Source: Clostridiales bacterium
GTDB taxonomy: Bacteria > Bacillota > Clostridia > Oscillospirales > CAG-272
Assembly (NCBI GenBank): GCA_003150035.1
Contig: QALR01000018.1
Coordinates: 101,259-165,258, forward strand
Reading direction: 5' to 3'
Length of the DNA stretch: 64,000 bases
Shown: in pieces, positions 18,390-26,269 of the stretch
Layout of the letters: every line of letters starts with the position of its first letter
Numbering within the stretch: position 1 is the first letter of the stretch
Program-made: the position numbers and the translations under genes
The notes under the pieces: model-generated
What the model was told of the DNA's origin: nothing
Database searches by the model: none
What the model saw: only the letters and a program-made list of their open reading frames with translations

Positions 18390-18782
18390 TTAAGGATTCT
18401 GAGAGATTCGCGCCTCCAGCGCTTCCACCTTTTCCTCCAGCTCACGGATCTGCTCGCGCTGGAGCATGAGTTCCGCCGCCATGTCGTAGTAGTTCATGGC
18501 GCCGTATTTTTCACAGCGCTTCTCATACTTTTCATAATTCATCTTAACCGGAAGCGCAAAGTACAAAATTCCGCCGAGAATGAGGAAAAACGCACCCATC
18601 GGCGCAAAAATTACAGAAGGCATCACACCGGTTTCCGCGTCCCGCACATCGGCAATCCAAAGCCCTAGCGCGAGAATCAAAAATAGAATGCCAATGCAGC
18701 CAAAAACAATAAGAATCACTTTTTTTGCCGTACGCAGCTGTTTCTCTGCAATCTGCTCAAACAGCTCCTTTTTTGATTTCAT
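18390..18782 (-). CDS. Hypothetical protein with two TM segments and a C-terminal coiled coil
   Basis: 130 aa. 4-nt ATGA overlap with the hemW stop suggests translational coupling. No recognisable family. Confidence 0.6.
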   Translation of the reverse strand: MKSKKELFEQIAEKQLRTAKKVILIVFGCIGILFLILALGLWIADVRDAETGVMPSVIFAPMGAFFLILGGILYFALPVKMNYEKYEKRCEKYGAMNYYDMAAELMLQREQIRELEEKVEALEARISQNP

Positions 18783-19927
18783 GCCTCGTCCTCCTTAAAA
18801 TCCAGAATTTCACTTAAAATATAATTAGAAATCAGCATTCCTTTTTTTGATAGGCGATAACCGGTTTTCGTCTTGAGTATGTATTTTTTCAGCAGGAACG
18901 GCTTCATTTTCTCCTGATACCGTGCTTCGAAATCATCGTCAAAGCGCGCTTCGTACGCGGCGGTATCGATTCCCCGCTTCAGCCGGAAGCCGAGCATCAC
19001 ATACTGTACGGCAATCTCCCTTTCCGTTGGGATATAGTTTTCCTCAAAAAGGGCGACGCTGTCCTCCGGCATGGCGATGAATCTTGTGATATCCTTGGCA
19101 TAGGAAAACATCCTGCCGCCGAAAAAGGAGTGGGCACCCGGTCCGAAGCCAAGATATTCTTCACAATTCCAATATTTCAGATTATGCCGGCATTCCATGC
19201 CGAGCTTTGCAAAATTGCTGATTTCATATTGCATATAACCTGCGTCTTCCATCTTTTTTGCGGCGGAAAGGTACATCTCATACTGAACATCCTCCGAGGG
19301 AATGGCCGCCGTTATCTGCGGATCGCCGTCAAAGGGCGTGCCGGGTTCAAGCTTCAAGCCGTAAAACGAAATATGCTCCGGTGAGAGCGCCATGACATAA
19401 TCAAGCGTCGCCGCAAGCGTTTCACGGGATTGCCCAGGCAGCGCATACATAACATCTACATTGATATTTTCAAAGCCCTCCAGACGCGCTAAAAGGAAAG
19501 AACTTTCAAATTCTTCTCTTGTATGAATACGAGACAGCATTTTCAGTTCCCGGTTGTCCGCGCTTTGCAGTCCCATGCTAAGCCTGCCAATACCCGCTTC
19601 CCGATAGGCGGAAAGCTTGCTCGTATCCAGTGTTCCGGGATTGACCTCGATGGTGATTTCCGCTTCGTTCGATACGGAAAAGGAGGAACGCACCGCCGTA
19701 AGGATCCGCCTGATATCTTCTCCCGAAAGCACAGAGGGCGTGCCGCCGCCGATATACACACTATCCACAAGATGACGGAAACCCATACTTCGAAAGCTTC
19801 TGATCTGGGCAATGAGCGCCTCGACATAAGCGCTCACGCGATCCATATCCTCTATGGAATAAAAATCACAATAAGCACACTTCCGCATACAAAACGGTAT
19901 GTGGATATAGATTCCGAGTTTGTCCAT
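18779..19927 (-). CDS. hemW: Radical SAM heme chaperone HemW (HemN-like, oxygen-independent coproporphyrinogen oxidase family)
   Basis: 382 aa. YIHIPFCMRKCAYCDF carries the CxxxCxxC radical-SAM motif. Located downstream of lepA, as in many bacteria. Confidence 0.92.
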   Translation of the reverse strand: MDKLGIYIHIPFCMRKCAYCDFYSIEDMDRVSAYVEALIAQIRSFRSMGFRHLVDSVYIGGGTPSVLSGEDIRRILTAVRSSFSVSNEAEITIEVNPGTLDTSKLSAYREAGIGRLSMGLQSADNRELKMLSRIHTREEFESSFLLARLEGFENINVDVMYALPGQSRETLAATLDYVMALSPEHISFYGLKLEPGTPFDGDPQITAAIPSEDVQYEMYLSAAKKMEDAGYMQYEISNFAKLGMECRHNLKYWNCEEYLGFGPGAHSFFGGRMFSYAKDITRFIAMPEDSVALFEENYIPTEREIAVQYVMLGFRLKRGIDTAAYEARFDDDFEARYQEKMKPFLLKKYILKTKTGYRLSKKGMLISNYILSEILDFKEDEA

Positions 19928-19971
19928 AAAACCCCTTCTTTCGCGTCAAGGCAACGTATCCTGGCAAAGGA

Positions 19972-21780
19972 TTATTCATCATCCAGCTTAAGCACCGCCA
20001 TAAATGTTTCGGGCGGCACCTCGACCGAGCCGAGCTTACGCATTTTTTTCTTGCCCTCTTTTTGTTTTTCGAGCAGCTTCTTCTTTCTCGTTATGTCGCC
20101 TCCATAACACTTTGCGAGCACATCCTTGCGCATTGCCTTGACGGTTTCGCGCGCGATAACGCGCCCGCCGATCGCCGCTTGGATCGGCACTTCAAAAAGC
20201 TGCCGCGGAATATTCTCTTTCAGCGCCTCCGCGATTTTTCTGCCGCGCGCATAAGCCTTGTCCGCATGGACGATGAACGATAGCGCGTCCACAAGTTCCA
20301 TATTCAGCAGAATATCCAGCTTGACAAGCTTGCTCTCGCGGTAGCCGTCAAGCTCATAGTCCAAAGAAGCATATCCCTTGCTTCGGCTCTTGAGCGCGTC
20401 AAAAAAGTCGTAGACGATTTCATTCAGCGGCAGGGTGTAATGCAGCTCCACACGAGTTTTGTCAAGATATTTCATATCGATAAAAATCCCGCGGCGCTCC
20501 TTGCAAAGCTCCATGATGCCGCCCATATATTCCGTCGGTGTAAGGATACTTCCCTTTACAACCGGCTCTTCCGCCTGTGCAATTTCATCCGCCGAAGGAT
20601 AATTGGCCGGATTATCGATATATTTCACATCGCCGTTTTTATAGGTCACTTTATAAATTACGCTCGGCGCCGTTGTGACAAGATCCAGATTGAACTCCCG
20701 CTCAAGCCGCTCTGCTATGATTTCCATATGCAAAAGCCCGAGAAAGCCGCATCGGAAGCCGAACCCGAGCGCCGCGCTCGTTTCCGGCTCAAAGGTCAGC
20801 GCAGCATCGTTGAGACGCAGCTTTTCCAGTGCATCACGCAGATCAGGGTACTTTGCGCCGTCCGCAGGATAAATCCCCGCGAACACCATCGGCAGCGCCT
20901 GCCTGAAGCCGGGGAACGGCTCGTCCGTCGGGCAGGCGGCATCGGTCACGGTGTCGCCGACCCTTGTCTCCGCAACGCTTTTGATACTCGCGGTAATATA
21001 GCCGACCTCGCCTGCGGCAAGCTCCTGTGCCGGAACCAGCCCGAAAGCCGACATATATCCAACCTCGACAACATCGAACTGCGCTCCCGTGCTCATCATT
21101 TTAATTTTAGAACCGGCGCGCACGCTGCCATCCCGAAGTCTGACATACACAACAACGCCCCGATAGGAATCGTAGTAGGAATCAAAAATGAGCGCTTTGA
21201 GCGGCGCCGAGATATCTCCGCTCGGTGCCGGAATATCCGTGACGATTTTTTCCAACACATCGCCGATGTTCAGCCCCGTCTTGGCAGAAACAGCCGGACA
21301 ATCCTCGGCGGGAATGCCGATGACCTCCTCGATCTCCCGTCTTACCCCCTCGACGTCAGCGCTTGGCAGATCAATTTTATTGATGACCGGAATGATTTCC
21401 AAATCGTTTTCTAAGGCAAGATAGGTGTTGGCAAGCGTCTGCGCCTCGATGCCCTGCGTCGCATCCACAACCAGGAGCGCACCTTCGCAGGCGCCAAGCG
21501 AGCGTGACACCTCATAATTAAAGTCCACATGCCCCGGCGTATCGATGAGATTGAACTCATAGGTCTCGCCGTCCTTCGCCTCATAATTCAGCTTCACAGC
21601 CCGTGCCTTGATGGTGATCCCACGCTCTCTCTCGATATCCATATTGTCAAGGAGCTGCTGCTCCATCTCTCTGGAAGAAACGCTCTTTGTCGCCTCCAGA
21701 ATACGGTCGGCAAGTGTGCTTTTGCCGTGATCGATATGGGCAATGATTGAAAAATTACGGATTTTCTCCTGTCTTGTCAT
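19972..21780 (-). CDS. lepA: Elongation factor 4 (LepA)
   Basis: [25 protein letters not shown] and NKID motifs. ATG 21780 is preceded by GGAGGGAAT. The track start at 21846 adds 22 non-homologous residues. Confidence 0.95.
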   Translation of the reverse strand: MTRQEKIRNFSIIAHIDHGKSTLADRILEATKSVSSREMEQQLLDNMDIERERGITIKARAVKLNYEAKDGETYEFNLIDTPGHVDFNYEVSRSLGACEGALLVVDATQGIEAQTLANTYLALENDLEIIPVINKIDLPSADVEGVRREIEEVIGIPAEDCPAVSAKTGLNIGDVLEKIVTDIPAPSGDISAPLKALIFDSYYDSYRGVVVYVRLRDGSVRAGSKIKMMSTGAQFDVVEVGYMSAFGLVPAQELAAGEVGYITASIKSVAETRVGDTVTDAACPTDEPFPGFRQALPMVFAGIYPADGAKYPDLRDALEKLRLNDAALTFEPETSAALGFGFRCGFLGLLHMEIIAERLEREFNLDLVTTAPSVIYKVTYKNGDVKYIDNPANYPSADEIAQAEEPVVKGSILTPTEYMGGIMELCKERRGIFIDMKYLDKTRVELHYTLPLNEIVYDFFDALKSRSKGYASLDYELDGYRESKLVKLDILLNMELVDALSFIVHADKAYARGRKIAEALKENIPRQLFEVPIQAAIGGRVIARETVKAMRKDVLAKCYGGDITRKKKLLEKQKEGKKKMRKLGSVEVPPETFMAVLKLDDE

Positions 21781-21857
21781 ATTCCCTCCGGAAATATCAG
21801 GGCTATTCTGGCGAAACCCGACGGTTTCCTTTTTATTTTTTTCCATAGTGTTAGTTT

Positions 21858-21886
21858 ATTATAGCATAGGCGGCGCCATTTTTCAA
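21858..21886 (-). promoter_or_regulatory. Sigma-A promoter of lepA-hemW
   Basis: Reverse strand TTGAAA (21886..21881), 17 nt, TATAAT (21863..21858), with TGn extension. Confidence 0.7.
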
Positions 21887-21923
21887 GACATTTTCACGCG
21901 AATCATAGCGGCCCCGTCCGGAC

Positions 21924-21954
21924 GAAAAAAGCGCGGCAATCCCGCGCTTTTTTC
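21924..21954. terminator. Intrinsic terminator after the EF-G paralogue
   Basis: GAAAAAAGCGCGG-caatc-CCGCGCTTTTTTC. The symmetric A and T runs allow function on either strand. Confidence 0.8.
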
Positions 21955-21976
21955 TTATCCGTTTATATCTGCGGCG

Positions 21977-24052
21977 TCAGTTCTCCGCGTTTTTCTTTGC
22001 TTCCTCAATGATCTTCTGCGCATTCGCCGCCGGAACCTCCTCGTAATTTTCAAAATAGAAGGTATAGCGGCCGCGTCCCTGCGTGATCGCGCGAAGCTGA
22101 ATGGCAAAATCCGTCATCTCGCCCATCGGAACCTCCGCCTCGATCATCTGCTCACCTTTTTTCTGCGTCGGACTCATGCCGAGCACTCTTCCGCGCCGTT
22201 TGTTGATAGCGCCCATAATATCGCCGAGCATACCGCCGGGCGCCCAGACGCAGAGCTTTCCGACCGGCTCCAGCAGAACGGGCGATGCCTTCGGCAGCCC
22301 TTCCTTATACGCCAGAGACGCCGCTACCTTGAACGCCATCTCGGAAGAGTCCACCGGATGATAGGAGCCGTCGAACAGATCCGCCTTCAGATTCACCACG
22401 GGATATCCGGCGAGAACGCCCTTCTGCATCGCCTCGAGCAAGCCCTTTTCCACAGCGGGATAATAATTTTTCGGTACAGAGCCGCCGACGACGGACTGTG
22501 TAAATTCGAGTCCCGGCTCCGTGCCGGGCGAGAACGTGATTTTGACATGGCCGTACTGACCGTGTCCGCCGGACTGCTTTTTATGCTTGCCCTCGACCTC
22601 GACTCTTTTCTTGATGGTCTCCCGATACGCGATTTTCGGCGGGGACAGCTCTACAGAGGTCCCGAAGCGCGACTTCAGCCTCGATACCACGACATCGAGA
22701 TGGATGTCTCCCTGCCCGGAGAGCAGGAGCTGCTTGGTTTCGGGATTGTTCTCGTATTTCAGGGTCAAATCCTCCTCAAGCAGCTTGGAAATGCCTTGGG
22801 AAATCTTATCCTCATCGCCCTTTGCCTTCGGCGAGACCGCCATCTGATAGAAAGATTCGGGATACACGATTTTCTTAAATGCATGGGGCTCCTCCGCCGC
22901 GGAAAGCGTGTCGTTGGTATTGGTTGCCGTAAGCTTTGCTGTCATGCCGAGATCTCCCATAGAAAGCATCTGCACCTCCGTCTGCTTCTTACCACAGATC
23001 GTGTAGATATGGGAAAGGCGCTCGCTTTGTCCGTTTGTCAGATTTTTCAGCGTCGCATCGCTGTAAAGCTCGCCGCTCATCACCTTGAAAAACGACATCT
23101 TCCCGACGAAGGGATCCGCGATGGTTTTGAACACAAAAATCGAAGCAGGGCCATGTTCCTTGAGAGGGATTTCCTTTTCCTCATCCCCATCGACAATGGT
23201 TTCCGCCTTATGATAAATCGGACTCGGCAGCGTGTCGACAATCATATCCATCAGGAGATCGATGCCGCAAAGATTGGCCGCGGATCCGCAAATGACCGGC
23301 GCGATATCGCCGCTTAGAATGCCCCCGTGAAGCGCCGTCACAACCTCCTCACGGGATAGCTCGTCGCCGTTGAAATATTTTTCCATCAGCTCCTCGCTTG
23401 TTGAAGCGACCGCCTCATAAAGCATATTCCGGCAGGCTTCGATCCGCTCCTCATTTCCGGCGGGAACAGTGATTTCTTTCCCCGCGTTGTTTTTTCCGAA
23501 ACCGACCGCTTTCATTTCAATCAGATCGAGAAGCCCGACGATGCTGTCCCCCTCCATCAGGGGAATGATGACGGGACAAACCGACTGCCCGAACATCTCG
23601 TGCATCTGCCCGAAAACACGTTTGAAGCGCGCCTCCGGGTCGTCGCATTTATTGATAAAGAACGCGCGCGGCATCTTAGCGTCACACACCATATCCCATG
23701 CAAGCTCCGTGCCGACCTCGACGCCCGCTTTGCCGTCTACCACAATCAGCGCGCTTTCTGCGACGCGCATTCCCTGGACGACCTCGCCGATAAAATCGAG
23801 ATACCCGGGCGTATCGATGATATTGATTTTCGCACCCTTATATGTGATCGGCGCAATCGCCGCCGAGAGAGAAAAGCCGCGCTTGATCTCTTCTTGATCA
23901 TAATCGCATACCGTGTTTCCCTCGGATGGCTTGCCGAGTCTGTCCGTTCCCTTTGTCAAATAGAGCATGGCCTCTGCCAGTGAGGTTTTGCCGCTCGCTC
24001 CATGACCGAGCAGGCAGACGTTCCGGATATCTCGCGAATGAATTTTTTCCAT
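21977..24052 (-). CDS. Elongation factor G-family GTPase (divergent EF-G paralogue)
   Basis: 691 aa. G1 GHGASGKT, G3 DTPG, G4 NKCD, and EF-G domains II-V by length and sequence. G1 differs from the canonical AHIDAGKT. Confidence 0.85.
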   Translation of the reverse strand: MEKIHSRDIRNVCLLGHGASGKTSLAEAMLYLTKGTDRLGKPSEGNTVCDYDQEEIKRGFSLSAAIAPITYKGAKINIIDTPGYLDFIGEVVQGMRVAESALIVVDGKAGVEVGTELAWDMVCDAKMPRAFFINKCDDPEARFKRVFGQMHEMFGQSVCPVIIPLMEGDSIVGLLDLIEMKAVGFGKNNAGKEITVPAGNEERIEACRNMLYEAVASTSEELMEKYFNGDELSREEVVTALHGGILSGDIAPVICGSAANLCGIDLLMDMIVDTLPSPIYHKAETIVDGDEEKEIPLKEHGPASIFVFKTIADPFVGKMSFFKVMSGELYSDATLKNLTNGQSERLSHIYTICGKKQTEVQMLSMGDLGMTAKLTATNTNDTLSAAEEPHAFKKIVYPESFYQMAVSPKAKGDEDKISQGISKLLEEDLTLKYENNPETKQLLLSGQGDIHLDVVVSRLKSRFGTSVELSPPKIAYRETIKKRVEVEGKHKKQSGGHGQYGHVKITFSPGTEPGLEFTQSVVGGSVPKNYYPAVEKGLLEAMQKGVLAGYPVVNLKADLFDGSYHPVDSSEMAFKVAASLAYKEGLPKASPVLLEPVGKLCVWAPGGMLGDIMGAINKRRGRVLGMSPTQKKGEQMIEAEVPMGEMTDFAIQLRAITQGRGRYTFYFENYEEVPAANAQKIIEEAKKNAEN

Positions 24053-24108
24053 ATTCAGACTCCTTTTTTATTCTGATTTTCCGCCTCTCATACGGACTTA
24101 ACAAGTTT

Positions 24109-24137
24109 ATTATAGCTTTTGATTTTTTATTATTCAA
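24109..24137 (-). promoter_or_regulatory. Sigma-A promoter of the EF-G paralogue
   Basis: Reverse strand TTGAAT (24137..24132), 17 nt, TATAAT (24114..24109). Confidence 0.7.
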
Positions 24138-24263
24138 GTAAATTTTTTGTTTTTCTTGTATTATGATAATAGAAAATTCCGAATTTTATTTGTGCATTTT
24201 ATACATAATTTTGTCATACAAAGTCAAAACGGAAAGATATCAGCAAAAGATTGAGAAAAAATA

Positions 24264-24295
24264 TTGACAGTGCTAATTGTTTATGATAATATAAT
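24264..24295 (+). promoter_or_regulatory. Probable sigma-A promoter of the DUF1858-trmK-nif3 unit
   Basis: TTGACA (24264..24269) is followed by overlapping -10 candidates TGATAATATAAT (24284..24295). The exact -10 is ambiguous. Confidence 0.5.
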
Positions 24296-24419
24296 TAGGT
24301 AATGGAATTGATTTATCCATATTGGCAGAAAATACAATTTGATTCGTCACTTCTTTTACCGCCGGCAGGTTCCGGCAATTTAGGATAAAAAAGCCGCGTC
24401 ACGCGGCGGGAGGATTCAC

Positions 24420-24623
24420 ATGGAAGTAACCAAAGATACCATTATCGGCGATATTCTCGACTATGACGGAGAGACGGCAAAATTTTTCCTTGAAATCGGC
24501 ATGCATTGCCTCGGGTGCCCTGCTTCCCGCGGGGAAAGCATTGAGATGGCATGTGCGGTTCACGGCACGGATGCCGACGAGCTAGTAAAGAAAATCAACG
24601 ACTATCTGAAAACAAAACAATAA
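24420..24623 (+). CDS. DUF1858-type small redox-disulfide protein (hybrid-cluster-protein-associated family)
   Basis: 67 aa. IGMHCLGCP CxxC motif and overall DUF1858-like sequence. GGGAGG SD. Confidence 0.8.
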   Translation: MEVTKDTIIGDILDYDGETAKFFLEIGMHCLGCPASRGESIEMACAVHGTDADELVKKINDYLKTKQ

Positions 24624-24637
24624 AGAAAGACGCATTT

Positions 24638-24678
24638 CCTTGTCCCTTTGTTTTTCCCCGAAAAACGAAGGGACAAGC
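24638..24678. repeat. 41-nt near-perfect inverted repeat (19-bp stem, 3-nt loop) between the DUF1858 gene and trmK
   Basis: CCTTGTCCCTTTGTTTTTC-ccc-GAAAAACGAAGGGACAAGC, with one G-U wobble position. No U-tract on either strand. Confidence 0.7.
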
Positions 24679-24700
24679 TATATACGCAGGAGATTCCGAG

Positions 24701-25402
24701 ATGAAAACAGTCCTTCGTGGGCGTCTTGCCGCGGTGGCCTCGCTCGTCCGAGACGGCGCCTATCTCGCCGATATCGGCACCGACCACGCCTATCTTCCGA
24801 TTTATCTTGTGCAAACAGGCAGAATCAAAGGCGCCGTCGCCTCCGATATCCGATCCGGACCGCTCGCCCGCGCCCAAAAAAACATCCTCGCAGCCGGGCT
24901 TGCCGAGCAGATTCATACGGTCCTGACGGACGGACTTTCCGGTCTTGACCGCTACCCTCTTACAGACATCGTCATCGCCGGTATGGGAGGAATGGAAATC
25001 GCCGCGATTCTGGAAGCCGCACCTTTTGTCAAGCGGGCCTGTCCCCGTCTCATCCTTCAGCCGATGCAGCATATCCCGGAGCTGCGGGACTATCTTTCCG
25101 GAGGATGGAATACGGAAAAAGAAACTCAAGCCATAGAGGGCGGCAAGCTGTACCAGATCCTCTGCGTGACTTACGACGGTATTTCGCGTCCCATCACCGA
25201 AACCGAGCGGCTGCTCGGCCGCTACAACATTGAACATAAAAAGGAAAGTCCGGCGCTTTTCCGTATCTTATGCGAAAGACATCTCGCAGTCCTGGATGAA
25301 AAAATCGCGGGACTCGAAAAAGGCGGCCTTGGCGCAGCAAAACCAAAAGAGCTGCGCCGCGACGTTGCAGCACAACTAGAGGACCTGCCGCCGCAAACCT
25401 GA
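24701..25402 (+). CDS. trmK: tRNA (adenine22-N1)-methyltransferase
   Basis: LADIGTDHAYLPIYL motif. ATG 24701 has a GCAGGAG SD. The track ORF start at 24551 overlaps the upstream gene. Confidence 0.85.
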   Translation: MKTVLRGRLAAVASLVRDGAYLADIGTDHAYLPIYLVQTGRIKGAVASDIRSGPLARAQKNILAAGLAEQIHTVLTDGLSGLDRYPLTDIVIAGMGGMEIAAILEAAPFVKRACPRLILQPMQHIPELRDYLSGGWNTEKETQAIEGGKLYQILCVTYDGISRPITETERLLGRYNIEHKKESPALFRILCERHLAVLDEKIAGLEKGGLGAAKPKELRRDVAAQLEDLPPQT

Positions 25403-25416
25403 AAGGAGAAAACACG

Positions 25417-26190
25417 ATGGCATCCGTTTCTGAAATCTATCGTTATTTAGACGGGCTCCTGCCCCGCTCGCTTTCCGCCTCTTGGGACAACGACGGACTT
25501 ATGGTATGCGCCGACCCACGGCGGGAAGTGAAAAAGATTCTGTTTGCCCTTGATATCACGCCCGCCGTCACGGAGTATGCAGCGGAAAATTCCGCTGACC
25601 TGATCCTCTCGCATCATCCGCTGATTTTTCACGGCATTCGCTGCCTGGACGGTGCGGACGCCGTCTCGCGCAAGGTAATGTTTCTCATCCGGAACGGAAT
25701 CGCCGCTATGAGCTTTCATACGCGCCTTGACGCCGCGGCGGGCGGAATCAACGACATCTTGGCAGAGCGACTCACGCTTGCAAACGTCGAGAATTTCGGT
25801 CCTGACGGGGACGCCTCGGGCCGTATCGGCACGCTACGCGAGCCCGCTTCGTTTGATACGTTCTGCCATATGGTCAAAAAATCGCTGAATGCCCCCTCCC
25901 TTTGCGTCGCAAAAGGAAAGGATACCGTCCGCCGCGTTGCCGTATTGGGAGGCGCCGGTAAGGATTACATCGAACCCGCGGCACGCGCCGGCGCGGATGT
26001 GCTTGTCACAGGTGAGGCAGGCTACAACCATCTGCTCGAAGCGGCGGAAAACGAGATGTCCGTTATCACAGCAGGTCATTATCATACGGAAATCCTGTTC
26101 TCCGATTTTTTCACCGATAAAATAGAGAGAGTCTTTCCCGGCATCGAGTTCTGCCATTTTCCCGCCGGATGTGAACTGATATACCGGTAA
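25417..26190 (+). CDS. Nif3-like dinuclear metal-centre protein (GTP cyclohydrolase 1 type 2 homologue)
   Basis: 257 aa. WDNDGL, ILSHHP and HYHTE motifs. The conserved trmK-nif3 gene pair is present. Confidence 0.88.
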   Translation: MASVSEIYRYLDGLLPRSLSASWDNDGLMVCADPRREVKKILFALDITPAVTEYAAENSADLILSHHPLIFHGIRCLDGADAVSRKVMFLIRNGIAAMSFHTRLDAAAGGINDILAERLTLANVENFGPDGDASGRIGTLREPASFDTFCHMVKKSLNAPSLCVAKGKDTVRRVAVLGGAGKDYIEPAARAGADVLVTGEAGYNHLLEAAENEMSVITAGHYHTEILFSDFFTDKIERVFPGIEFCHFPAGCELIYR

Positions 26191-26269
26191 ACGCGCCGGA
26201 AGCGGTCACCCTGCGGCTTCGTCGGCAGCCGATGCCTCTTACGCCAAGCACGCGAAAGGAGGGATCCGT

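Noticed and set aside
21743-23317. 524-aa ORF on the + strand.
   Set aside because: It is exactly antisense to the well-supported EF-G paralogue. The translation is Arg/Leu/His-rich and low in complexity, with no motifs and no SD. This is a typical shadow ORF in GC-biased coding sequence.
24053-24419. A 370-bp AT-rich gap, inspected for tRNA, sRNA, CRISPR repeats or small ORFs.
   Set aside because: No cloverleaf-compatible sequence, no repeats, and no SD-preceded ORF. The region is accounted for by the divergent promoters at 24109..24137 (-) and about 24264..24295 (+) and their leaders. A GCCGCG-tca-CGCGGC hairpin at 24394..24408 was noted but has no clear role.
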